DNA of 64,000 nt, taken from Basidiobolus meristosporus CBS 931.73 (taxonomy: Eukaryota; Fungi; Basidiobolomycota). A model generated the notes under the pieces. It saw nothing but the letters and a program-made list of their open reading frames with translations. It did no database searches and was not told the DNA's origin. This document shows, in pieces, positions 23,041 to 35,820 of the stretch (within the stretch, counting starts at the first letter, position 1; every line of letters begins with the position of its first letter). The stretch covers positions 1 to 64,000 of the forward strand of contig MCFE01000134.1 of NCBI GenBank assembly GCA_002104905.1, given 5' to 3'. Position numbers and translations under genes: made by a program.

Positions 23041-25944
23041 GCAATATTCTGAGGAGTACTGGATGATGTGGAGAGCTAGAGAAGTCATATGTCATTCACT
23101 TGAAGATCTATTGATCAAAAGTATGTTAGCTATGTTGTAAGAGTCTTGGAGTCATTGGAAGTGATTGGGAGGACAAGTAATTATGTGGTTTTCACTTCAT
23201 GATTTACTGAATGTAAAAGTAGTATTTATACTTTTACATGATCTTGGCATTACAAGCACGTAGAATAGGTTAAGAAAGGTCCCAACAGCATGTGTGTAAA
23301 GTTTGGGGCTGTTCAGACAACTTGAGAATTTTCATGTTCTGGGTACCTGGTATTTTGGTGAATACATTCTAAGTAAATGCTGACAAGGAATTTGGTCATT
23401 ATTCTCTAGGAATTGAAGGTAATGATCAAAGTGACTAAGTCAGGTGAATATTTAGGTGGAATTACAAATTTTTGCAACACTCCCACTCAGCTAAATGCTC
23501 ATACTGACTAGTCCTAATTTTGACCTGCAATATTCAAACTTGTCTCCAGCTAATGGTTTGGTGAATATGTCTGCAATCATTTCATCTGAAAGACAGTAAA
23601 CTAAGCCCACCAAGTTATTCTCTACAGCTTCATGTATGAAATGATGTCTAATATCCAAGTGCTTAGTTCTAGCATGAAAAGTTGGATTTTACCTAATTGT
23701 ATACATCCCTGAATATCTTGAAATAAAGCAATAGGCGCGTTTTGACATAGGCCTAAATCTGTAAAAAGCCTTATTAGCCACATTGCTTTGTTTGTAGCTT
23801 CACAGGCTGCCATATACTCTGCCTGTGTGGTAGAAAGTGCTACTGTTGGTTGCTTTCTTGAATTCCATGAAATTGCTCCTTCACAGTAAAGAAAGGTGTA
23901 TCCTGTGGTGGATCATCTGTTTTCCAAATTCTGTCCCCAATCAGCATCAGAGTATCCCACAAGATTCTGTTCTGAATCCTTATGATTGTATCATAGGCAG
24001 ATATCAGCAGTTACTTTTAGATATCTAAGAATCCGCTTAACTGCTAAAATATGATAAGATCCATAGTTCTGATTATGCTGGCTGACAACTCCTACTGAGT
24101 ATGGACATCTGGACATGTTCCAAGGATGATATACATCAGACTGCCAACCATTGACTGATAAGGAAAGTCAGGGCTCTTGGATGGCACCAAGCTCTCTTGA
24201 TTTAGTTGAGTTTTGACCAAGCTAAGGTTTGTCTCCATTGGGGTAGCTGCTGGCTTACATTCTTCCATTTGGTACCTCTTTAGTATATCTTGAATATACT
24301 TGGATTGGCTTAGGGTAGTAGTCTGGGTACTTCTGTCTATGGAGCGCTTGATCCCTAAGTAGTAACTGAGCTTGCCTAGATTGGACATCTTGAACTCCTT
24401 AGATAGGCTGGATTTAGTCTCTTCCAATGTTTCTAGGTTATTAGCAGCTATAATAAGATCATCCACATATAGAGCTAATAAAATTGGACTTGCTCTATCT
24501 GGCTTATAGTGTATACTATAGTCAGCATTACTCCTGTTGAAACTCAAAGATTCCAAAAAAGAATCTATCTTGCAATTCCAGGCTCTTGGTGACTGTTTAA
24601 GACCATAAAGAGACTTTTTAAGCTTGCAGACAAAATGGGGGTTATCTTGTTCAACAAACCCATCAGGCTGGTCCATATACACGTCCTCATCAAGTTCTCC
24701 ATTTAAAAATGCAGCCTTTATATCTATTTGATGAATAAAAAACTTATGTTTGGCTGCAATAGCTAATATCAATCTGATGGAATTAAACTTGGCTACCGGT
24801 GCAAAGGTCTCAGTATAGTCAAGTCCTTTTGTTTGAGAGTATCCTTTGGTCACAAGTCTTATTTTGTATCTTTTAATTGTACCATCAGCCATGTATTTTG
24901 CCTTGAAGACCCATCTACATCCAATCGATTTTTGGTGGATTGGTAATTTGACTAAGTCCCAAGTTTGCTTTTCCATCCGGGCATGATATTCCTCAGTCAT
25001 TGCAGATCTCCAAAACTTTGTCTGAGGGCTATTTAGGGCCTCTTTTACAGTCTGGGGCTCATTAATATGGACAGAATAGGCATAGGCTAAGTTTGTAACT
25101 TCATTGATATAGTAATATGGGCTATTTCATGGCTGGTTGGATATCCTGGCATTTGATAGAGGAATGGTTACTTCTGGGATATTCCTGGGAGCTGATTCTG
25201 GCTGAACCATGGTTGTAGAGTCATCTGGAGTGAAAAAGTTCTCATTGTTTTGCTCTGATTCAATCCTGACTATTGGCAGACTTGAGATCAAATTTTAGTC
25301 ATCATCTGATGAAAATTTCTGTGCAAGTTTTAAATTTTCATCAAACAATACATCCCTGGACTTGATCAGCTTCTTTGCTTTGGTATTGTAGAGTCTGTAT
25401 GTCTTACTCTTATTGCAGTAGCCCAAAAATATGCATTTTACACTTTTTGGCTCATATTTTGACTGATTTCTGGGCAGTTTCTTGGCATATGCTGTACACT
25501 CAAATATTCTTAGATGTTCTGCACATAGTGTGTATCCATACCATGCTTCAAATGGAGTAGAATCACAAAGTACTCTGTTATAGCTCCTATTTTTAGGTAT
25601 ACAGCTGTGGCAACTGATTCCACCAATAATCATAGGATAATTTTTGATCACAAAACATTGATCTTGCCATATTAATTATTGATCTGTTTGCATGTTCTGC
25701 TACTTTGTTTTGCTATGGGGAGTATGATACAGTAGTTGCTTGCTTCATCTCATGAATCTTGCAGAAGTGGATGAAAAGTTCTGAGGTATATTCTCCACCA
25801 TTATCAGAGTATATTTTCTAGATTTTTTCACCAGTTTCTCTCTCCACCATGGCCTTGAGCTCCCTGAACCTAGACAGAGCTTCTTTCTTTCTCTCCATGA
25901 AGTAGACCCATGAGTATCTCATATAATCATAAATAAAAGTGATT

Positions 25945-26678
25945 AGACTTGTTCTGTCAGTTAGTGCCACATTGAGCCATGAGTGCCAAATGATGCCATA
26001 GTATGCAAGGGAGGCCAAGTGAGCCTATACTTGGCTACAGAGTGTGAAACATAGCTCTGCATCTTCATGCAAAGCATCCCCTGTGTTCCACCCATTGTGT
26101 TGGAGAAAATCCATTATTTGATGTTTTTTTGTGGATCAAAGTTGTGCAGGATGTGTAAGAGCAAAAAAGGACTTAAGATATGCATCTGGTACTCAATACC
26201 CATGGCACTCTGAATCTAGCTCCTGTGGCTTGTAACATGTCACAAAAATGTATGGCACTGTCTTGGTCCACTGGTACTATCTGGCACTATATTTAATTAT
26301 TAGCCCTAAAGTAAGATCTATACAAAGCACTTATAGTGGCAGATAGTACCAGTGGACCAAGATAGTGCCATGCATTTTTGTGACATGTTACAAGCCACAG
26401 GAGCTAGATTCAGAGTGCCATGGGTATTGAGTACCAGATGAATGTTGTCAATTCTTCTGTGCTCTTACACATCCTGCACAACTTTGATCCACAAAAAAAC
26501 ATCAAATAATGGATTTTCTCCTGCATCATAGGTGAAACACAGGGGCTGCTTTGCATGAAGATGCAGAGCTATGTTTCACACTCTGTGGCCAAGTATAGGT
26601 TCACTTGGCCTCTCTGGCACACTATGGCATCATTTGGCACTCATGGCTCAATGTGGCACTATCCAACAGTACAAGTCT
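25945..26678. mobile_element. 734-bp foldback MITE, copy 1 (termini AGACTTGT..ACAAGTCT, TSD ATT)
   Basis: Long inverted arms around a ~40-nt spacer. It interrupts the copia sequence gtgATT|aaatac, with ATT duplicated at 25942-25944 and 26679-26681. Confidence 0.9.
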
Positions 26679-26722
26679 ATTAAATACTTCATCTCACCTA
26701 AGGATAAATTTTGCATAGGTCC

Positions 26723-27249
26723 TGCTATAAATAGACACAAGGCAGGAGAGTAGAGCTAGGCAAGGCAGGATCAGGAAAGGACTTAGGTGTGGATCAACAA
26801 GGCAAGGCAGATTTCCAAGGCAAGGATGTTTATTCAAGACCTGTCTTATCAGTCTGAGGAGTACATAAGGGAGGACAGGCCTATATATACTTTTTGGCAA
26901 TATGGATGCCAAGAGATATTGGCTAATACTGATGGGATTCTGGGGTGAGGCACAGTAAGTGTGCCAAGATAGAATATTCTAATGAACAGACTGGAATATC
27001 ACATGAAGATATGTCAGGGGTCTGCTGATCATGTGGCTAGGTCATGTGACATGTAGTTACCATGTATGGCATGGGACTACATAAATTCTAATGGGAAGCT
27101 TCCATAGAACGTTCCATTGTGCAACATTGACTTGGAGCTTTTAAGATGTTGCTAGAATGTGGTAGAACTTTCTAGAAGGAACTGGGATTTCTTCACTGAC
27201 TTGATTTGGCTAGATAGTTGAAGACCAGGGATGTCATGTGATCACAACA
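26723..27249. mobile_element. Solo LTR (527 bp) of an otherwise absent LTR family
   Basis: TG..CA ends. Flanks GGTCC/GATCC are a 5-bp TSD with 1 mismatch, and the host copia sequence resumes seamlessly. A partial second copy lies at 43177-43411. Confidence 0.75.
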
Positions 27250-27757
27250 GATCCACACAGATCTGATTGAATTAGATCTAATTTTTCTTAATTTTGATTA
27301 AACCAGAGCTCTTGAACAGTTGTCTGGCTTATTTCCCATATTTGCAGGCTTCACAGTGCTCAAAATTAGCTGGGGGATCAATTTTTACTCCAGAAATTGT
27401 TGTAAGAGTCTTGGAGATATTGGAAGTGATTGGGAGAACAAGTAGATTATGTGGTTTTCACTTAATGATGTATTGAATGTAAAAGTAGTATTGATACTTT
27501 TACCTGGTCTTGGCATTACAAACACGTAGAATAGGTTAAGGAAGGTCCCAAGAACATGTGTGCAAAGTTTGGGGCTGTTTGGACAACTTTGAGAATTTTC
27601 ATGTTCTGGGTACCTGGTATTTTGGTGAAAATATTCTAAGTAAATCCCGACAAGGAATTTGGTCAGTATTTTCTAGGATTTGAAGGTAATGATCTAAGTG
27701 ACTAAGTTAGGTGAATATTTAGGTGGAAATACGAATTTTTACAACACTCCCACTCAG

Positions 27758-30700
27758 CTAAATGTTCATACTGACTAGTCCTAATTTTGACCTAAGATAT
27801 TTAAACTTGTCTCTAGCTAATGGTTTGGTAAATATGTCTGCAATCATTTCATCTGTAGGACAGTAAACTAAGCTAACTAAGTTACTCTCTATAGCTTCAC
27901 ATATGAAATGATTTCTAATATCTATGTGCTTGGTTCTAGCATGAAAAGTTGGATTTCTACCTAATTGTATACATCCTTGATTATCTTGAAATAAAGTAGT
28001 AGGCGTTTTTTGACATAGGCCTAAATCTGTAAAGAGCTTTCTTAACCACATTGCTTCTTTTGTAGCTTCACAGGCTGCCATATACTCTGCCTCTATAGTA
28101 GAAAGTGCTACAGTTGGTTGCTTTCTTGAATTCCATGAAATTGCTCCTTTACAGTAAAGAAAGGTGTATCCTGTGGTGGATCTTCTGTCTTCTAAATTTC
28201 GTCCCCAATCAGCATCAGATTATCCCACAAGATCCTGTTCTGAATCCTTATAAGTGTATCTTAAGCAGATATCAGCAGTTCCTTTTAGGTATCTAAAAAT
28301 CCGCTTAACTGCTGCAATATGATCAGATCCATAATTCTGATTATGTTGGCTGACAACTCCCTCTGAATATGAGATATCTGGACATGTTCCAAGCATGATA
28401 TACATCAGACTGCCGACCATAGATTGATAAGGAAAGTCAGGGCTTTCAGATGGCACCAAGCTCTCTTGATTTGGTTGAGTTTTGACCAAGTTAAGGTTTG
28501 TCTCCATTGGGGTAGCTGCCGGTTTACAGTCTTCCATTTTGTACTTCTTTAGTATATCTTGAATATACTTGGATTGCCTTAGGGTAATAGTCTGGGTACT
28601 TCTGTCTATGGAGAACTTAATCCATAAGTAGTAACTGAGTTCTCCTAGATCGGACATCTTGAACTCCTTAGATAGGCTGGATTTAGTCTCTTCCAATGTT
28701 TCTAGGTTATTGGTGGCTATAATAAGATCATCCACATATAGAGCTAATAGAACTGGATTTGCTCTATCTGGCTTATAGTATATACTATAGTCAGCATTAC
28801 TCCTTTTGAAACTCAAAGATTCCAAATAAGAATTTATCTTGCAATTCCAGGCTTGCGGTGATTGTTTGAGACCATATAGTGACTTTTTAAGCTTGCAGAC
28901 CAAATGTGGGTTATCTTGGTCAACAAACCCATCAGGCTGGTCCATATACACGTCCTCATCAAGTTCTCCATTCAAAAATGCAGTTTTTACATCCATTTGA
29001 TGAATAAAAAACTTATATTTGGCTGCAATAGCCAATATTAATCTGATGGAATTAAACTTGGCTACCGGTGCAAAGGTCTCAGTATAGTCAAGTCCTTTTG
29101 TTTGAGAGTATCCTTTGGCTACAAGTCTTGCTTTGTATCTTTCAGTTGTACCATCAGCCTTGTACTTTGTCTTGAAGACCCATCTGCATCCAATTGATTT
29201 TTGATTGATTGGTAATTTGACTAAGTCCCAAGTTTGATTTTCCATCAGGGCCTGATATTCCTCAGTCATTGCAGATCTCCAAAACTCTGTCTGAGGGCTA
29301 TTTAGGGCCTCTTTTACAGTCTGGGGTTCATCAATATGGACTGAATAGGCATAGGCTAAGTTTGTACCCTCATTGATATAGTAATTTGGGCTATTTCTTG
29401 TCCGATTGGATCTCCGGGCATTTGATACTGGAATGATCACTTCTGGGATATTCCTGGGCACTGATTCTGGCTGAACCACGGTTGTAGAGTCCTCTGGAGT
29501 GAAAAAATTTTCATTGTTTTGCTCTGATTTAATCCTGACAATTGGTGGACTTGAGATCAAATTTTTGTCATCATCTGATGTCATTTTTTGTGAAAATTTT
29601 GAATTTTCATCAAACAACACATCCCTGGACTTGATCAGCTTCTTTGCTTTGGTATTGTAGAGTCTGTATGCCTTACTCTCATTGCAGTAGCCCAAAAATA
29701 TGCATTTTACACTTTTTGGCTCAAATTTTGACTGATTTCCGGCCAGTTTTTTGGCATATGCTGTACACCCAAATATTCTTAGATGTTCTGCACTTGGTCT
29801 GTATCCATACCATGCTTCAAGTGGAGTAGAATCACGAAGTATTCTGTTATAACTCCTATTTTTAAGATATACAGCAGTGGCAAATGATTCCGCCCAAAAA
29901 TCATAGGATAATTTTTGATCATGGATCATAGATCTTGCCATATCAATTATTGATCTGTTAGCTTGTTCTGCTACTTCATTTTGCTGTGGGGAGTATGGTA
30001 CAGTAGTCTCTTGCTTTATCCCATGAATTTTGCAGAAGTGGATGAAGAGTTTTGAGGTATACTCTCCACCATTGTCAGAGCGTATTTTCTTGATTTTTTC
30101 ACCAGTTTCTCTCTCCACCATGGCTTTAAACTCCCTGAACTTAGACAGAGCTTCTTCCTTTCTCTCCATGAAGTAGACCCATGTGTATCTTGTATAATCA
30201 TCAATAAAAGTGATTAAATACTTCATCCCACCTAAGGATAAATTTTGCATAGGTCCACACAGATCTGAGTGAATTAGATCTAATTTTTTCTTAGTTTTGA
30301 TTAACCCAGAGCTCTTGAACGGTTGTCTGGCTTGTTTCCCATATATGCAGGCTTCACAGTGCTCCAAATTAGCTGGGGGATCAATTTTCACTCCAGAAAT
30401 TAGCTGATCTTTGATCATTTTACGCAAATAATCAAAATTGATGTGTCCAAATCTCCTGTGCCAAAGCATTGGTGTTTCTTCATTTAAGTTACTTATATTG
30501 GCTTCCAGATATGATGGAATATAAGTCAACTTGTATAGATTCTGATCTCTGATGCCCAAAGCAATATGAGCACCATTTTGATCAGTGATCCTGCATCCAG
30601 AATTGTCAAAACTGAAACGGAGTCCTTCTGCTGTGGCCTTGCTTACAGAGAGTAGGTTCTTGGCTATTTCTGGTACATAGAGTACTTCTTTAAAGGTCAG

Positions 30701-31729
30701 TGTATGGCTTCCTTCACTGCTTCTTAGGTTTACTTGGACAGTTCCTTCTCCCACTGCATCAAGTGTTCTATTGTCACCCATGAAAACCTTCTTAATTGGA
30801 ATTTCTTGATATTGGGTAAAAAGTTCCTTTTGGTGTGTAAAGTGCTGAGAAGCTCCAGAGTCAATATACCACATCTGAGAATCCTTGTTTGTGGTCATAT
30901 TTAGTGCAGATATGAATAGTCTATTGTCAGTTGTTGCAGCATTTCCATATTCAGGCTTCTTTTGCTGATAATCTCTCTTTTTGAAACACTGGTCTGATGT
31001 GTGTCCTTTCCTTTTGCAGTAGTTGCAAAATAGGTTGCTGTTGCCTTTGTAGGGTCTTGGGTACCTCCTTTGTTGGTTATCATTGCTTATTAAAGCATTT
31101 TCTTCTTCCTTCTGATTGGCGCTTGATTTTCTTAATTCTTCATCCAGGAGCCTTCCATATACGTAATTTAAGGTCAAATCTTCAGTTCTGGACTCTAGGG
31201 CTGATACAAGGCCCTGAAACTTGTCTGTTGGGCTATTCAGGATGGTAACTATCACATCCTCATCAGTAGTTGGTACGCCCAGAGATTCCATCTCATCTAC
31301 CAGCAGGGTAATTCTGTTAATTAGACTTTTCATTTCTTCTCCTGGCAGCATCTTTGTAGTAAAGAATTTTCTTCTCAGATACATTTTCTTGGCAGCTGAA
31401 CATGACTGGTAGGTGTCTTCTAATGCTTTCCAGGCATTCTTTGCCGTTTTTGCTCTTGAGCATTGAATTAGCAATTTGTCCTTGACATCAAGGCAAATGC
31501 AGTTAAAGGCACTTTGTTCTTTCTTCTTGTACTTTAAGGCTTCCTCTCCCACATTTTTAGGAGGGCATTCTTCTCCCATGACAATATCCCAAAGGCCTCT
31601 TTCTTGCAGCAGCATCTTCATCTTCACCTTCCACACTTGGTAGTTAGATCCATCCAACTTTTCAGCAGAGGGAAAAATTCCAGTAATAGCAGTAGTAGAC
31701 ATTGCAGAGAGTGACAGCTCGGGGCTCAT
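27758..31729 (-). pseudogene. Copia gag-PR-IN-RT-RNaseH polyprotein with one in-frame nonsense codon
   Basis: Contains CCHC knuckle CNYCKRKGHTSDQC, protease WYIDSGAS, GAG-pre-integrase LWHRRFGH, integrase IHSDLCGP..IRSDNGGEY and RT LYVDDL. TAA at 28220-28222 replaces Tyr in GYSDADW; RNase H (27758-28081) continues in the same frame. Confidence 0.95.
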
Positions 31730-31733
31730 AACC
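31722..31733 (-). promoter_or_regulatory. Primer-binding site GGTTATGAGCCC (half-tRNA-iMet type)
   Basis: Directly abuts the 5' LTR and is complementary to the tRNA-iMet anticodon arm GGGCUCAUAACC. Decayed versions occur at 33407-33418 and 41925-41936. Confidence 0.85.
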
Positions 31734-33789
31734 TGTTGTAAGAGTCTTGGAGATATTGGAAGTGATTGGGAGAACAAGTAGATTATGTGGTTTTCACTTA
31801 ATGATTTATTGAATGTAAAAGTAGTATTTATACTTTTACCTGGTCTTGGCATTACAAATACGTAGAATAGGTTAAGGAAGGTCCCAAGAACATGTGTGCA
31901 AAGTTTGGGGCTGTTTGGACAACTTTGAGAATTTTCATGTTCTGGGTACCTGGTATTTTGGTGAAAATATTCTAAGTAAATCCCAACAAGGAATTTGGTC
32001 AGTATTTTCTAAGATTTGAAGGTAATGATCTAAGTGACTAAGTTAGGTGAATATTTAGGTGGAAATACGAATTTTTACAACAGAAATTAGCTGATCTTTG
32101 ATCATTTTGCGCAAATAATCAAAATTGATGTGTCCCAATCTCCTGTGCCAAAGCATTGGTGTTTCTTCATTTAAGTTACATATATTGGCTTCCAGATATG
32201 ATAGAATATAAGTCAACTTGTATAGATTCTGATCTCTAATATCCAAAGCAATATGGGCACCATTTTGATCAGTGATCCTGCATCCAGAATTGTCAAAGCT
32301 GAAACTGAGTCCTTCTGCAGTGGCCTTGCTTAGAGATAGTAGGTTTTTGGCTATTTCTGGTATATAGAGTACTTCTTTAAAGATCAGTGTATGGTTTCCT
32401 GAACTGCTCCTAAGGTTTACTTGGATAGTTCCTTCTCCCACTGCATCAAGTGTTCTATTGTCACCCATGAAAACCTTCATGATTGGGATTTCTTGATATT
32501 GGGTAAAAAGTTCCTTTTGGTGTGTAAAGTGTTGAGATGCTCCAGAGTCTATATACCATGTCTGAGAATCCTTATTTGTGGTCATATTTAGTGCAGATAT
32601 GAGTAGTCTATCTTCAGTTGTTGCAGCATTTCCATATTCAGGCTTCTTTTGCTGATTATCTCCTTTTTGAGACACCAATCTGATGTGGGTCCTTACAATT
32701 TGCAGTAGTTGCAAAACAGGTTGCTGTTGCTGTTGTAAGGTCTTGGGTACCTCCTTTGTTGGTTATCATTGCTTATTAAAGCATTTTCTTCTTCCTTCTG
32801 ATTGGCACTTGATTTTCTTAATTCTTCATCCAGGAGCCTTCCATATACGTAATTTAGGGGCAAATCTTCAGTTCTGGACTCTGGGCCTGATAAAAGATCC
32901 TGAAACTTGTCTGTCCAGCTATTCAGGTGGGTAACCATCAAATCCTCATCAGTAGTTGGTACACCCACATATTCCATTTCATCAACCTGCAGGGTAATTC
33001 TACTATTTAGATTTATCATTTCTTCCCCTGGCAGCATCTTTGTAGTAAAGAATTTTTGTCACAGATACATTTTCTTAGCAACTTAACATGACTGGTAGGT
33101 GTCTTCCAATGCCTTCTGGGCATTCTTTGCCATTTTTACTCTTGAGCATTGAATTAGCAGTTTGTTGTTAACATTAAGGCAACTGCAGTTAAAAGCACTT
33201 TCTTCTTTCTTCTGGTACTTTGAGGCTTCCTCTCCCATGTTTTTAGAGGGCATTCTTCTCCCATGACAATATCCCAAAGACCTCTTTCTTGTAGCAGCAT
33301 CTTCATCTTCACCTTCCACACTTGGTAGTTAGATCCATCCAACTTTTCAGCAGAGGAAACACTTTCAGTAGTAGTAGTAGTAGACATTGCAGAGAGTGAC
33401 AGCTTGGGGCACATAGCCTGTTGTAAGAGTCTTGGAGATATTGGAAGTGACTGGGAGAACAAGTAGATTATGTGGTTTTCACTTATTGATTTATTGAATG
33501 TAAAAGTAATATTTATACTTTTACATAGTCTTAGCATAGAGAACATGTAGAGTAGGCTAAGGGCAGTCCCAAGAACCTGTGTGCAAAGTTTGGGGCTGTT
33601 TGGACAACTTTGAGAATTTTCATGTTCTGGGTACCTGGTATTTTGGTGAAAATATTCTAAGTAAATCCCAACAAGGAATTTTGGTCAGTATTCTCTAGGA
33701 TTTGAAGGTAATGATCTAACTGACCAAGTTAGGTGAATACTCAGGTGGAATTACAAACTTTTACAACAAGTTATACTTTTGATAAAGTG

Positions 33790-34870
33790 TGATAAATAAA
33801 TGTGCCAAGTTTATTAAGGAAGGTCCCAATAATATGTGTGCAAAGTTAGGGGTCTATTGTACAATTTTGAGAAAGGTCATAATCTGACTACCAGATCATT
33901 TGGAGATAATATTGCAAGTAAATCCACATATGATATTTGGCCAGTACAGAATGCCTATCACAGAATAAGATCTATGTGACTATATTAGCATGAGTACATA
34001 GGTGACAACTTGATAATCATAGCAGAAAGGAGTATTCTATGGTGGATTGTTTATCTTCCAAACCTTTGTCCCCAATCAGCCTTAGCACATCCCAGAAGAT
34101 CCTGTTATGGATCCTTAAAGGTGTGCCTTAAGCCAAAAACAGCAGTTCCTTCTAAGTTTCTAACAACCCACTGCACTGTTGTAGTATAGCCAGATACATA
34201 GTTCTGATAATGCTGGCCAACAAATCCAACAGAATATGAGATGTCTAGTCATATTCTAGGCAAGCTCTACATCCAACCACCAACTGTATACTTACAAGAG
34301 AAGTCTGGGCTTTCAGATGACACCCATAAGGTTTATCCCATAGGGGTAGCAGCTGGTTTACTGTCTTCCATTTGGTGCCAATCAAGCATCTCTTGAATAT
34401 AGTTGGACTTGCTTAGGGCTGTTATTTGGGTGCTTCTGGCTATGGAGAGCTTCATCCCTATATAGTACCTGTGCTGTTGAAGATTAGACATCTTGAACAC
34501 ATTGGAGAGGCTGGATTTAGTCTCTTCCAATATTTCTTGGTTATTGGTAGCTATAATAAGATAATTCACATAGAGGGCTAATAGAACTAAGCTTGCTCTA
34601 TCTGACTCATAGTGATGCTGTAGTCAGTAGTACCTCTTTGGAATCTTAGGGATTTCAAACAGGATTCTACTTTGCAATTCCATGCTCTTGTTCACTATGG
34701 AGACTATAAGGAATTTTTTTGAGTTTGCAAGCCATATAGAGCAAATTTTGATATTATAAGTCTATTATGATGCCCATATATATGTTCTCATCAAGTTCCT
34801 TATTCAAAGTGAAGCATTTTCAATCATTCAATAAGTGCAAAGCTGATATTGGCTCCAATATTGCCCTGTA
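33790..34870 (-). mobile_element. Highly degraded copia remnant (LTR-like segment plus RT)
   Basis: aaggaaggtcccaataatatgtgtgcaaagtt resembles the LTR. ORF 34333-34569 contains LIIATNNQEILEETKSSLS. Confidence 0.7.
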
Positions 34871-35086
34871 AAAATTATTAAGATGATCCCATCAAAAGAC
34901 CATCTCAAAGTTAAAGTCCCATGACTAAGAGGTACTGATCCCATCAGGACAACATCCAGACACTGTTGAAAATAATTGTGCCCCAGATTTGATAAAAAAC
35001 TTGTTCAAAGTTTTTCATTGCAACAATGTTTAAGTGGCTTTTGATTGGTTCCCTGCCAATTTGGTCACTCTCTGATCCCAGACACT

Positions 35087-35820
35087 AGACTTGTTCCGTT
35101 GGATAGTGCCACATTGAGCCATGAGTGCCAAATGATGCCATAGTGTGCCAGAGAGGTCAAGTGAGCCTACACTTGGCCACAGAGTGTGAAAAGTAGCTCT
35201 GCATCTTCATGTAAAGCAGCCCCTGTGTTTCACCCATTGTGCAGGAGAAAATCCATTTTTTGACCTTTTTTTGTGGATCAATGTAGCTCAGGATGTGTAA
35301 GAGCACAGGAGAACTGAAGATATGCATCTGGTACTCAATACCCATGGCACTCTGAATCTAGCTCCTGTAGCTTGTATGATGTCACAAAAATGAATGGCAC
35401 TATCTTGGTCCACTGGTACTATCTGGCACTATATTTAAATATTAGCCCTAAAGTAAGATCTATACAAAGCACTTATAGTGTCAGATAGTACCAGTGGACC
35501 AAGATAGTGCCATTCATTTTTGTGACATCATACAAGCTACAGGAGCTAGATTCAGAGTGCCATGGGTATTGAGTACCAGATGCATATCTTCAATCTGCTT
35601 GTGCTCTAACACATCCTGCACAATATTGATCCAAAAAAAAAGGTCAAAAAATGGATTTTCTCCAACACAATGGGTGAAACACAGGGGCTGCTTTGCATGA
35701 TGATGCGGAGCTATGTTTCTCACCCTGTGGCCAGGTAGAGGCTCAATTGGCCTCTCTGGCACACTATGGCATCATTTGGCACTCATGGCTCAATGTGGCA
35801 CTATCCAACGGAACAAGTCT
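35087..35820. mobile_element. 734-bp foldback MITE, copy 2 (347-bp arms, 40-nt loop, TSD ACT)
   Basis: Begins AGACTTGTTCCGTTGGATAGTGCC and ends GGCACTATCCAACGGAACAAGTCT. ACT is duplicated at 35084-35086 and 35821-35823. The empty site cccagacACTctg is seen at ~40890. Confidence 0.92.

Larger units (their letters stand above)
27398..32082 (-). mobile_element. Young full-length Ty1/copia LTR retrotransposon (4685 bp)
   Basis: 349-bp LTRs at 27398-27746 and 31734-32082, with about 5 mismatches by eye. Exact TSD GAAAT at 27393-27397 and 32083-32087. PBS at 31722-31733; PPT at 27747-27754. Confidence 0.97.
23133..33768 (-). mobile_element. Older Ty1/copia element (pseudogenised) hosting three later insertions
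   Basis: LTRs at 23133-23479 and 33419-33768 (TGTTG..CAACA). PPT ctcccact follows 23479. Flanks AGCTA/AGTTA form a 5-bp TSD with 1 mismatch. Broken ORFs: RT 24092-25000, integrase 25295-26018, gag/PR 32055-33546. Confidence 0.85.

Noticed and set aside
23114-23132. 11-bp inverted repeat (atcaaaagtat / atacttttgat) flanking the older copia insertion site (partner at ~33773-33783)
   Set aside because: A single short AT-rich instance, insufficient to claim hairpin targeting.
31730-31852. Extension of the copia ORF into the 5' LTR
   Set aside because: An open frame upstream of the PBS ATG in LTR sequence; no evidence that it is translated.
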